From IMG/VR virus record IMGVR_UViG_3300037137_001341, positions 32,001-96,000 of that record: DNA of 64,000 bases; one strand, given 5' to 3'. This document shows positions 35,496 to 44,345 of this stretch, piece after piece (position 1 is the stretch's first letter; each line of letters starts with the position of its first letter). Made by a program: the position numbers and the translations under genes. The notes beneath the pieces were generated by a model that searched no databases, was not told the DNA's origin, and worked only from the letters and a program-made list of their open reading frames with translations. The DNA comes from a virus.

Positions 35496-36050
35496 TCACT
35501 TCTTCCTGAGCATCATGTACCCGAGGCCGAGCACAGCGACGGCACCGAGCCCGTACAGAGCCATGGTGGTCGTGCTCATGCCGGCCTGCGTGTCTCCGCC
35601 GCCGCCGGCGGAGCAGTGCGGAGTCTCCTGCGCCTTGTCCCAGTACGTCGGCGACTTGCTGGCGGCCCAGCAGAGCGAGTTCATCCCGGCCGTCGGCCCG
35701 TCGAAGAACGGGTACTTGTCGCAGTACGCGAGCCCCTGCAGATACGTTTCGTCGAGGCACGCCGGCATGCCACCGGCGAACGCCGTGTCGAAGCTCGGGC
35801 ACCCTGGAAGGGCGTCCACGCCGCACTGATTCAGGTGAGCGCAGAGCGCGCTCCACACGGCGGCGCTCACGCCGGGGGGAGCCGGCTCCTTGGCCTTACA
35901 TTCGGCGATGGCCGCGATCCAAGTCTGATCGAGGCACGTGTTCCCGCCCTCCGTGGGGATCCCCTGACCGCACGGCAGAGCGGTCGCGTACTGCATGGCC
36001 TGCTCAAGCGTGGGGGGCGGTTCGGCTCCTATGCTGCTGTTTCGGTACAT
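35496..36050 (-). CDS. Cys-rich C-anchored membrane protein
   Basis: SIGAE; YC..NSLCW domain shared with neighbours; TM + RKK. Confidence 0.78.
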   Translation of the reverse strand: MYRNSSIGAEPPPTLEQAMQYATALPCGQGIPTEGGNTCLDQTWIAAIAECKAKEPAPPGVSAAVWSALCAHLNQCGVDALPGCPSFDTAFAGGMPACLDETYLQGLAYCDKYPFFDGPTAGMNSLCWAASKSPTYWDKAQETPHCSAGGGGDTQAGMSTTTMALYGLGAVAVLGLGYMMLRKK

Positions 36051-36056
36051 GGCGCA

Positions 36057-37097
36057 TCACTTCTTTCTCATCACCATGTAGCCGACACCGAGTGCGACGA
36101 GCGCGCCGATCCCGAACATAGCCATGGTCGTGCTGCTCATTCCGGCTTGCTGCGTGCCGCCACCGCCACCGCCGGCGGACGGCGGGACACATGCGCCGGT
36201 GACCGGATCACGGGTGTACCCGTAGCCGTATACGGAGCAGTCGTCGGCCGGCAGGATGTGCTTGGTCGTGTCGGCCTGCAGCACGCAGGTACCGCTGGAG
36301 TCCCTGATGTAGCCGGTGTCGCACGGGGTCGGCAGCTTCACGTCTGCAACGCAGTCGCTTCCGACCAGATGGAAGCCCGCGCTGCACGTCTTGGGTGGTG
36401 GCGGCGTCGGCGCCGCTACAGGGATGCAGTTGCCGTTCGCGTCCCACACGTACCCTGGTGAGCAGTCGCCGACGCACTGGCCCTTGAACATCGAGTGCCC
36501 AGGAGGGCACGTCGTCGGGGCGGCGCCCGCAGTTGCCACGCAGTTGCCGTTCGCGTCCCAGACATATCCCGGTGAGCAGTCGCCGACGCACACGAACTTC
36601 TTCGACGGCAGCATGAACATCGAGTGCCCAGGAGCGGCAACCGGAACGTCCATGAACTGCTGGTACAGATCCGGGAAGCGATGCAGCGTCCAGCAAGCCG
36701 CGTCGAGACTAGGGTTCCGTGGGTAATTGACCGGAAACGTCTTGCAGTAGTTGATCTCGTTCCGAAAGACGGTCCCGACTTCCGACGTATCGGTGCATCC
36801 CGGAATCATGGCGATCCATGGCGCCGTGTCGATGTCCGAGCAGCCCAGCTTCTTGAACATGCCGCAGGTTCCGAGTGCAGCACGCGCATCCTGGAACTGC
36901 TGGTCGGTCAAGTTGGCCGGCTTCTGGCCGGTGTAGAACAGCGACAGGATCTGGATCATCTGCGCGCTGAGACACGGCGCGTTAGCCAAGTCCGCGGGGC
37001 AGCCGTTCACTGCGATCCCGTAGAGCAGGTACGCGACCTGATCCGGCGTCAGCGGGGCCTCGGCGGCCCCGAGTCCTCTCATCTCTCTGTACGTCAT
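36057..37097 (-). CDS. Cys-rich C-anchored membrane protein
   Basis: MTYREMRGLGA start; repeated CVGDCSPGYVWDANGNC; TM + RKK. Confidence 0.78.
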   Translation of the reverse strand: MTYREMRGLGAAEAPLTPDQVAYLLYGIAVNGCPADLANAPCLSAQMIQILSLFYTGQKPANLTDQQFQDARAALGTCGMFKKLGCSDIDTAPWIAMIPGCTDTSEVGTVFRNEINYCKTFPVNYPRNPSLDAACWTLHRFPDLYQQFMDVPVAAPGHSMFMLPSKKFVCVGDCSPGYVWDANGNCVATAGAAPTTCPPGHSMFKGQCVGDCSPGYVWDANGNCIPVAAPTPPPPKTCSAGFHLVGSDCVADVKLPTPCDTGYIRDSSGTCVLQADTTKHILPADDCSVYGYGYTRDPVTGACVPPSAGGGGGGTQQAGMSSTTMAMFGIGALVALGVGYMVMRKK

Positions 37098-37930
37098 CGC
37101 CGACGGTTCCTTGCCAGCTGCCGCGAGGCAGGCGTGTAGGAGCCGCCGATCCTGGGCGCCCGCTTCGACCAGAGCATGTACCCCAGCACCGCGGCTCCGA
37201 GGCCCACGGCGATGGGCAAGCTCAGGTTCGTCTTGGTGTCCACGGAAGGCGTCGTCGGGACGAGCTTGATCGGCGGCGCGGCAGGCGGCCCCGTCGGCAC
37301 CGTGACCGGCGTCGCGATCGTCATCTGCGCCGTCAGCGCATCCTGGAAGGACGAGGTCGCCGGGGTCGAGCGCGTCGTCGAGCCCTGCGACGGGATCTGC
37401 GCCGCGAAGACGAGTGCACCACCGACGGCGGCGGCTCTCGGCGCGATGGTGAGCGTGTGCTTCGGCAGCTGGGACATGTCGATGCGCTCGCCCCAGTGGA
37501 GGAACGCAATCGTCGGGACGGGCTTCGCGTCGTCCTGCCGGTAGACGGCCTGCGTCTCGTACGCCTTGTACGCCGTCCCCTTCCACATTGCGTCGATCGA
37601 CGCCTGCGTCATCGGGCCCTTCGTGATGATCGCTACGAAGGGCAGCGGGGAGCCGTAGGACAGCTGCATGGCCGCAGCGATCTGGTCGTCGTTCAGGCCC
37701 CAGAGCACGATGTTCGTGTCCGGGTTCGTGATCTCCTCCCAGGTCGTGTCGCTCGTGCGCGACGCCCACGGCGTGTACGTGCCGAGCACCTGGAGGTCCA
37801 GCGCCGTGGTGAGTTCCGAGAAGATGCTCTGCGCCGGCATGTCCCCGAGGGACGTGCCCGGGGGCGCCGGGATCATGCGCAGCGAGTCCCAGGCCGCGCC
37901 CGAGCCGCCATGCTCCATGTAGGAGGACAT
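37094..37930 (-). CDS. C-anchored membrane protein
   Basis: SLGD; TM; ends LARNRRR. Confidence 0.7.
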   Translation of the reverse strand: MSSYMEHGGSGAAWDSLRMIPAPPGTSLGDMPAQSIFSELTTALDLQVLGTYTPWASRTSDTTWEEITNPDTNIVLWGLNDDQIAAAMQLSYGSPLPFVAIITKGPMTQASIDAMWKGTAYKAYETQAVYRQDDAKPVPTIAFLHWGERIDMSQLPKHTLTIAPRAAAVGGALVFAAQIPSQGSTTRSTPATSSFQDALTAQMTIATPVTVPTGPPAAPPIKLVPTTPSVDTKTNLSLPIAVGLGAAVLGYMLWSKRAPRIGGSYTPASRQLARNRRR

Positions 37931-38084
37931 CACCACGGGAGCCTCACTCGCTCGCCCGCAGAAGCCAGCCGGCCGCCGTTTCCCGAGCACGACTCGGCTG
38001 CCAGCATGTCCGACGCTGGAGCGGTTGCCGATGCCCGCCGAAAGAGCGACGTCGGCCGACTGGCCTCTACGGGTGAACGAAAAG

Positions 38085-38372
38085 TCACGGCTTGTACCTC
38101 GAAGGGTTGAGCCGCACGGCGGTATCCCATGCTCCGTCCCTGGAGATCAGGGCAGTCTCCGCCGCCTCCACATCTCCGGCGTCCTCCAGGTAAACGCGCA
38201 TGTCCTCGAAGACACCAGACACGATCTCGAAGAGCTTTGATGGATCTCCGTGCAGGAGGTCCAGCGCCTCCATGACTCGCTCGTGCGCCATGTCCGACTT
38301 CGTCGGTGGACCACGACGGCTTTTCTTGCCGTGAATCCCAGCCGCCGGAAGCATCTTCATGTTCCTTTTCAT
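38085..38372 (-). CDS. Small hypothetical protein
   Basis: GGAGG RBS, ATGA coupling; starts MKRN. Confidence 0.55.
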   Translation of the reverse strand: MKRNMKMLPAAGIHGKKSRRGPPTKSDMAHERVMEALDLLHGDPSKLFEIVSGVFEDMRVYLEDAGDVEAAETALISRDGAWDTAVRLNPSRYKP

Positions 38373-39277
38373 CGTGGCCCTCCACCGAGCGACCCTGGAC
38401 CACCGCTCGCGTTCGTCAGGGGCTTCATGCACTCCATCAAGGAGTCGAGGTGAAGCTCCGGGATCAGCATCCCCGCGATGTCGTACTCGATGAACGCGAT
38501 CGGCGACGGGATGGGCTGGAAGATCACGCACCGGACCTGCACGGTCTGGTTCGACCTCGCGTAAAGCGTGAACGGCACCGACAAGGGACCGTACCGCGTC
38601 GGCCGCTGCGGCAAGAGCGACGTACCGACGCCGGCCGCGCTCGCGAAGCTCGACGCCCCGGCGATGTTGAACGTGGACCCCTGCGCCGCTCCGACCGCTG
38701 CCGCGAGCGCGGGCGGAAGCTCACCCCCTCCGATCGCTGGCGTCGTGAAGGCCTGCGTGAACGTCTGGATGGGCACGGGGTCCAGCTGGTACAGCAGGTT
38801 CCCCGGCTGGTGCTGGTCCACGCTGATCTGGAAGCCCATGATCGAGGAGAAGCGCCGGGCTTCGACAGGCACGGTGTCGCCAGCGTCCACACCCGAGAAC
38901 CGGTAGATGTCCGGGCGGAGATCGAACAGGAGGAGCGCGAACGTGCTCGGCACCTTGAAGGCACCAAGCTCGAACGTGAACGGCGTCTCCGGGCTGACGT
39001 CGTCGAGGAACATGCCCTCCTCGGGCAGCCGCCGGTACAGCTGCTCGAACGGCACCACCGACGGGTGCACCATCAGGGAGCCCAGGAAGCCACCCGCAAG
39101 CTGCACCCGATCCGCGTTGCACCCGAGGGATGTGCCCTCGCCAGGGTACGGCGCCGGGGGCGGAGCATCGCCCAGCCCCGGTCGCAGGTACTGCGCGGGG
39201 CGCGCGGGCGGCTGGACCGAAGGAAGGCCCAGCCCCGCGATCTGCCTTGCTGAAAGGTGCAGAGGGGGCTGGTTCAT
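38369..39277 (-). CDS. Beta-rich protein, candidate jelly-roll minor capsid/penton
   Basis: Alternating hydrophobic strands; N-terminal IAGLG/PGLGD; terminal strand EYDIAG. Confidence 0.5.
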   Translation of the reverse strand: MNQPPLHLSARQIAGLGLPSVQPPARPAQYLRPGLGDAPPPAPYPGEGTSLGCNADRVQLAGGFLGSLMVHPSVVPFEQLYRRLPEEGMFLDDVSPETPFTFELGAFKVPSTFALLLFDLRPDIYRFSGVDAGDTVPVEARRFSSIMGFQISVDQHQPGNLLYQLDPVPIQTFTQAFTTPAIGGGELPPALAAAVGAAQGSTFNIAGASSFASAAGVGTSLLPQRPTRYGPLSVPFTLYARSNQTVQVRCVIFQPIPSPIAFIEYDIAGMLIPELHLDSLMECMKPLTNASGGPGSLGGGPR

Positions 39278-39290
39278 GCGTGCCTCCGCT

Positions 39291-40274
39291 TCAGGTCAGA
39301 CGGACCGGACCAGGCGGCTGGATGATCTTGAACCCGTGCAGCCCGATGAAGAGGAGGCCATCGGGCAGGCGCGTGATCGGATCGACCGTCGCCGTCTGGT
39401 TCAGCGGATCCACGACGCCCTCATGGACGTCGTACTGGCTGCCCAGGAACGGGTAGAGCCCGCCGGCCGCGAAGCCGGAGGCGTTGCCCGCGGGCGGGTT
39501 GTTCACGTGCGTCGGCTGCACCTTCCACTGGACCGTCTCGCCACGCTCGAAGAAGTCGAGCGCGCCCAGCTGGAAGGGGCTGTTGATGCTGTCCGAGTAG
39601 AACGCCGAGGGCACCGGGTCGTTCGACCGCGGGTAGCCGGCGCCCTGGTTCAGCATCGTGATGACCGCGTCGAACTCCATCGAGCGGAAGGACGAGTGGT
39701 TCGAGGGGCTCGCGTAGATCGGCGCGCCCGTGCCCGGCGCCGCGATGCCGGTGATCGGCTGGTAGCCCGCCGCGCCGTCGTTCAAGTCCCAGGCCGAGTG
39801 GATCGGCCGGAAGCGACCGAACGAACGTCCCTGGAACGCCGCCTGCGCCTGCGACACAGGATCGCGGGCCGCGAACTGGAAGGCCGACTGGAAGGCCGCG
39901 AACCGCGCAACGGCCACGAACGGGCCGTCCTGCGAGATCGTCTTCGTGCCCTGCTGCTCCGAGATCGTGTTCGACCCGATGGGGATCGTCACGAGGAGGT
40001 CGAACGGAACCCGCCGGCCCGGGATCGACTCGATGTACCGGACGTGATCGTTCACGTTGCCGTTACCGAAGCCGTTCCCGTTGCTCTTGCCCTCGACGCC
40101 CTGCAAGGCGTTCGCGAGGTTCTGCAAGTCGCGCGTGTTGCGCTCCAGCGCCTGACGAAGCAGCGCGGTGTCGCCCTGGTTCGCCTTCGCCATGTCCGCG
40201 GCCTGGCGCGCCTGGCCCGCCGCGTACCCAGCCTGCTGCTGCAGCTGAGCGAGGATCTGATTGAGGTCTGCCAC
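39291..40274 (-). CDS. Candidate jelly-roll capsid protein with N-terminal coiled coil
   Basis: GGAGG RBS before GTG; ISQDGPFV, SNDPVP, PFQL, terminal FIGLHG strand. Confidence 0.55.
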   Translation of the reverse strand: MADLNQILAQLQQQAGYAAGQARQAADMAKANQGDTALLRQALERNTRDLQNLANALQGVEGKSNGNGFGNGNVNDHVRYIESIPGRRVPFDLLVTIPIGSNTISEQQGTKTISQDGPFVAVARFAAFQSAFQFAARDPVSQAQAAFQGRSFGRFRPIHSAWDLNDGAAGYQPITGIAAPGTGAPIYASPSNHSSFRSMEFDAVITMLNQGAGYPRSNDPVPSAFYSDSINSPFQLGALDFFERGETVQWKVQPTHVNNPPAGNASGFAAGGLYPFLGSQYDVHEGVVDPLNQTATVDPITRLPDGLLFIGLHGFKIIQPPGPVRLT

Positions 40275-40449
40275 TGTCTTGTGCCTCCGGTTAGGAGTAC
40301 CGGACGGGAACCCAGGGTACATGCCCCAAGCGTCCCAGTCCGTGCCATCGGTCAGATTCAGGCCCGGCCCCAGGTCGCCCCAGGGCCGGTCCGCGCTCAC
40401 TGAGACGTCCAGTGACTCACAGGCAAGTGCCCGGAATCACTGGGCTTTC

Positions 40450-41229
40450 TCACTGAACGTCGCGCGCGAAGAGACCGTCGAAGGTGAATTGGATCACCTT
40501 GTTGATGCCGTCCACGGCGTTCAGGTTGCTCTGGAGGGACAGGTAGTTCCGTCCCTGGGGACCGTTGGTCATCCCCGCGAGCACGCCGTTGCCGCCGTCC
40601 GGCAGCGGCAGGATCTGCGCCGTGCAAAGCACGTTCTGCCGTGGTGGCAGGAGAATCGCGCGGGCGAGGCGCAAAATCGCAGTGTGGTCCGGCGTCCCGT
40701 TGTTGAAGTGGATCAGATCCGAGGATCCGCCGAGGTCGCCCCAGAGGCCGCCGCCGTCCGGGAAGTACTTCGTGGCCATGTTCGAGATCGAGTTCTTCTC
40801 GCCCGTCCCATAGCTCCAGTGCAACTGCTCTTCGGCTTGCCAGTAAAGCCGATAGACGTCTTCGATCGAGCCCGGGTACTGCCCCGCGCCGGGCCCACCG
40901 GGGTTCGCGAAGAAGTTCGCCGCGCCGTCCTGGGAGAAGTCGCCGTTCTGCTTGATGTTGCCGTTCGCAGGACCGGTCGCCCGGATCTGCGGGTTGCGGA
41001 ACCACGTGAACACGCGCAGGGCGAGCGTCACGTGCGACTGGTCGGACGGCAGGGTCGAACCGTTCTGGAGGTTCGTCAGCGCGTTCGGGTCGTCGATGCG
41101 CTGCTGGTTCGAGAACAGCTTCTGCGTCGCGTTGACGGGGTTGATGTTGCCACCGAGCCCGCTGGTGCGGATCAGGGTGTCGTAGAAGGGCTGGTGCACA
41201 CGCTCGCGGACGTTCGTCAGCTTTGCCAT
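40450..41229 (-). CDS. Candidate major capsid protein (single jelly-roll type)
   Basis: AGGAGA RBS, flanking structured spacers; QPFYDT..LF..TNL..G.LP..; terminal FTFDG strand; no TM. Confidence 0.6.
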   Translation of the reverse strand: MAKLTNVRERVHQPFYDTLIRTSGLGGNINPVNATQKLFSNQQRIDDPNALTNLQNGSTLPSDQSHVTLALRVFTWFRNPQIRATGPANGNIKQNGDFSQDGAANFFANPGGPGAGQYPGSIEDVYRLYWQAEEQLHWSYGTGEKNSISNMATKYFPDGGGLWGDLGGSSDLIHFNNGTPDHTAILRLARAILLPPRQNVLCTAQILPLPDGGNGVLAGMTNGPQGRNYLSLQSNLNAVDGINKVIQFTFDGLFARDVQ

Positions 41230-41319
41230 GGAAATCTCCTTGAGAGATGGGTGGGTGACCCCGGGACCGTTTTGTAAGGGTGTCGTCCCTTGTTTCCCGA
41301 AGTCGGTTCTAACGCCCCG

Positions 41320-41366
41320 CGCCCCGGGGTCTGCTGCGTGGGATGCACGCAGCGCCTACCGGGGCG
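41320..41366 (-). other. Stem-loop upstream of candidate MCP gene
   Basis: GCTGCGTG/CACGCAGC inner stem; CGCCCCGG/CCGGGGCG outer stem. Confidence 0.55.
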
Positions 41367-41384
41367 AGAGGAGAGAGGAAGTGA

Positions 41385-43898
41385 TCAGCCGCCGCTGAGC
41401 ACCCCGTTCCCACCAGGACCCTGGAGGATCCCCGCGGGAAGCTCGGACTCCGTGTAGTGCGCGTCCGCAGAGGTCGTCCCGGCCCAGAGAGGACCGTTCG
41501 GGATCCACTGCGACTGCGTCGGCACGGTGCTCTCCGCGAACCCGCCGTTGCTCGGCGAGGCCGTGAAGAACTCACCGAGCCCCGCAGCAGCCTGCCCAGC
41601 GACCGCCTGCGTCGCGCCCTGACCCAGTCCAGCAGCCGACTCGGCGAGATCCAGGATCTGATCCAGGTTCGCGTCGGGACGGATGCCGTCGTCGATGGGA
41701 AGCTGCCCCATGTGCGAACGACCGGGCATGAGGGCGAGCGGGCCGGCCTTCTCGTAGAATCCCACTCCCTGGGTGCCGGGACCAGCGAAGTACTCGCCCA
41801 CGCCCGAGGCGGGCTTGAAGTACTCGCCCACGCCGGCGTGCGCCTGCGTGAACTGCGGTGCCTGCCCGATCGATGCGTACTGGGGCATGATCGAGTGAGC
41901 GTTCTTTGCGATGCCGAGGCCTCGCAGGTGACGCGGCTGGTAGCGACCCGAACCGCGCAGCGCGGATGCCCGGCTGTTCGAGTAGCCGTCGAGGTACGAG
42001 AGCACCTGCGGCTGGTTGGCCGCAGTGAGTGCCGTCCGAACGAAGGACTCCAGGAAGGAGACCATCATACCGGCCGACACCGCCATCCTGGTCTCGACCT
42101 TGACGGCCTTGACCATGGACATGCCCGCGATGCCCACGCCACCGATGACGAGGCCCGTGATGGGCTTCTGCCAGGTCGCGATGATCGACTGCTTGCCGTT
42201 GGAATCGACGACCGCCATGCCCGCGAACGTGGTGCCGTCAGCCGACGTCAGCGCCTTCACTGCCGCGCCCGTGAGGGCTCGGTGCGCGAAGAAGCCGATG
42301 AGGATGAGGCCGCCCGTCTTGAGCAGCGCCGTCATGTCCCCGGCGAACCCGTTCTTGAGGTACCGGTTCGCGTGAAGCCGACGACCGAGCCCGTGACGGC
42401 GATGACGCCTGCTGTGGCGCCGACGCCGGCTGTTCTCCTCGTAGTGCCTGTTCCGCACGAGGTACAGGCCGCGCTTCAGACGGCGGACCTTCCGACGACC
42501 GATGCGACGCGGCACTCCACGCACGCGACGGGACTTGCTCTTGCGCTTCGCGACCTTGCGCTTGCCGCGCTTCTTGCCGCCCTTGCCCTTGGCCTTGCGC
42601 GTACGCCACGCCTTCCGCGCAGCGGCTGCACGCTTGGTGCTCTTGCGCTTCCCCTTGCGCTTCGCGACCTTGCGCTTGCCGCGCTTCTTGCCGCCCTTGC
42701 CCTTGGCCTTGCGTGTACGCCACGCCTTCCGCGCAGCGGCTGCACGCTTGGTGCTCTTGCGCTTCCCGCTCTTGCGGGACTTCGCCTTCTTCTTCTTCTT
42801 TCTCGCCTTGGCCATTCTCTTCGCTCCCGCGTTGGGTGTGAACGCATCCATGCCTCGCTCGACACGAGCGGCAGCAGCCTTGCGGCGCTTCGCGATCCGA
42901 TCGCGCGCCTTCTTGTACGCCTCGACGTTCTTGTAGTCCTTGGCGCTGATCGCCCCCGCGATTGCCCACTCGGGGATCTTGCGGAGCCGCTTGCCCTTGC
43001 GGGTCATGTAGCTCAGCCCCCGCGCGCCCCGGCGCGGGTTGTAGAGGCTCGCCCGACGGAACGGACCGTAGGCCACGCGCGCCCGGTGCCCGCTCTTGGA
43101 GGTCTTCGACTGCTTCGGCCACTTGGACTTCACGGCCTTGCGGTGCCGCTTCGCCACGTTCGCCGGCAGCATCCGCTTCGCCTCGCGGATCTTCTCTTTC
43201 TCGGCCCGGATCTTCAGCCGCTCGATGGCCTTGTTCTCGCGCTGCACCGCCTTCTCGGCCTGCGTCTTCGCGCGCTCCATCGCCTTCCCCGCCGCCTTGA
43301 TCCGCTTCTCGGCCGCCTTGATCCGCTTCTCGGCCGCCTTCACGGTCTTCGACGCGCGCTTGCGCTTGGCCGGAGTCGACGTGGCCGCCGCACCGCGACG
43401 CCCCGACGCCTCCTGCCAGTGCTGCCACGGAGTCTTGCGTGGAGAAGATGAGGAGGAAGCAGCAGCGCGACCCTTCCCGAAGGTGGCCTCGTGAGAGGCC
43501 TCGTAGGCCTCCCGCTGCGCCTTGGTCTGCCGCTTGGACAGATTGCGCCGGAGCCCGCGCTTCCGCGTGCGACCGCCACCTGCTGCGCGACGGTTTTCCT
43601 GCATGCGCCGCACGAAGGCGGCGCGGTGAACTCCGTTCGATGACATTGCCATGCTTCCGCTCCTGTTGGCCATGAGGCGCCGAGCGCGAGCAACGCGCTC
43701 GGCGCGGGACAGACCGTGGACTGCGCTGCGAGCGGAGTGGGCACGCGCATAGGCCCCGGGGCCATTCACCGCCGAGAGCGTCGTGACGCCCATGGGGTTC
43801 GGCCGGTAGCTGCCGGCGTTCGGCCGCGCCATGCGGTACGCGCCCACATCCGCCTTGCGGATGGGGAACGCGCGACCGATTGCTTTGCGACTTGCCAC
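41385..43898 (-). CDS. 837-aa tripartite protein: histone-H1/protamine-like basic region, TM region, G-h-G repeat tail
   Basis: K/R-rich N-terminal ~515 aa; hydrophobic helices; GVGEYF/GLGEFF repeats. Confidence 0.8.
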   Translation of the reverse strand: MASRKAIGRAFPIRKADVGAYRMARPNAGSYRPNPMGVTTLSAVNGPGAYARAHSARSAVHGLSRAERVARARRLMANRSGSMAMSSNGVHRAAFVRRMQENRRAAGGGRTRKRGLRRNLSKRQTKAQREAYEASHEATFGKGRAAASSSSSPRKTPWQHWQEASGRRGAAATSTPAKRKRASKTVKAAEKRIKAAEKRIKAAGKAMERAKTQAEKAVQRENKAIERLKIRAEKEKIREAKRMLPANVAKRHRKAVKSKWPKQSKTSKSGHRARVAYGPFRRASLYNPRRGARGLSYMTRKGKRLRKIPEWAIAGAISAKDYKNVEAYKKARDRIAKRRKAAAARVERGMDAFTPNAGAKRMAKARKKKKKAKSRKSGKRKSTKRAAAARKAWRTRKAKGKGGKKRGKRKVAKRKGKRKSTKRAAAARKAWRTRKAKGKGGKKRGKRKVAKRKSKSRRVRGVPRRIGRRKVRRLKRGLYLVRNRHYEENSRRRRHSRRHRRHGLGRRLHANRYLKNGFAGDMTALLKTGGLILIGFFAHRALTGAAVKALTSADGTTFAGMAVVDSNGKQSIIATWQKPITGLVIGGVGIAGMSMVKAVKVETRMAVSAGMMVSFLESFVRTALTAANQPQVLSYLDGYSNSRASALRGSGRYQPRHLRGLGIAKNAHSIMPQYASIGQAPQFTQAHAGVGEYFKPASGVGEYFAGPGTQGVGFYEKAGPLALMPGRSHMGQLPIDDGIRPDANLDQILDLAESAAGLGQGATQAVAGQAAAGLGEFFTASPSNGGFAESTVPTQSQWIPNGPLWAGTTSADAHYTESELPAGILQGPGGNGVLSGG
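42540..42767 (-). repeat. Near-perfect 114-bp tandem duplication (38 aa)
   Basis: GKRKSTKRAAAARKAWRTRKAKGKGGKKRGKRKVAKRK twice. Confidence 0.9.
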
Positions 43899-43967
43899 TC
43901 TTCTCGACTCTTCTCGGCGGATCTGTGATCCGGCGAGGCGTCGGGAAGGCGCCCTGCGAACTCTTGA

Positions 43968-43996
43968 AAGCTACCGAGAGGATGTCCCTACGTCAA
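43968..43996 (-). promoter_or_regulatory. Sigma70-type promoter for core/capsid operon
   Basis: TTGACG-17-TAGCTT. Confidence 0.65.
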
Positions 43997-44045
43997 GGAA
44001 AAGCGTTTCTCCTGGGTTTTCCCCGAGAGTATGCTCCAGCTGGCC

Positions 44046-44345
44046 ATGCTCGCGCCCCCACACGGACCGACGGCTGCGCGCCCCCTGCATCTGGCGTACC
44101 CGGAGGTTTTTGCTGGACTCGGAGAGAGCCAAAATCCCGCCGGAACCGCGATGCACGCGGTGTCCTGGTCCACAGGCTCGATCGTCATCGACACCATGAT
44201 CGGCGGCGCGGCCGGCTACGCCCTCTCTCCGTCCCCCGGGGACCGATGGAAGTGGGCCCTCGGGGGGGGAGCAGCGACCGGGCTCGCCGGGGTGTTCGGG
44301 TTGCTCGCCACGGCTGGATTCAGCTACGTGCGGCGACGTCGATGA
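44046..44345 (+). CDS. Small membrane protein with GLG tag
   Basis: FAGLGE; TM hairpin similar to 54159..54554; RRRR end. Confidence 0.68.
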   Translation: MLAPPHGPTAARPLHLAYPEVFAGLGESQNPAGTAMHAVSWSTGSIVIDTMIGGAAGYALSPSPGDRWKWALGGGAATGLAGVFGLLATAGFSYVRRRR

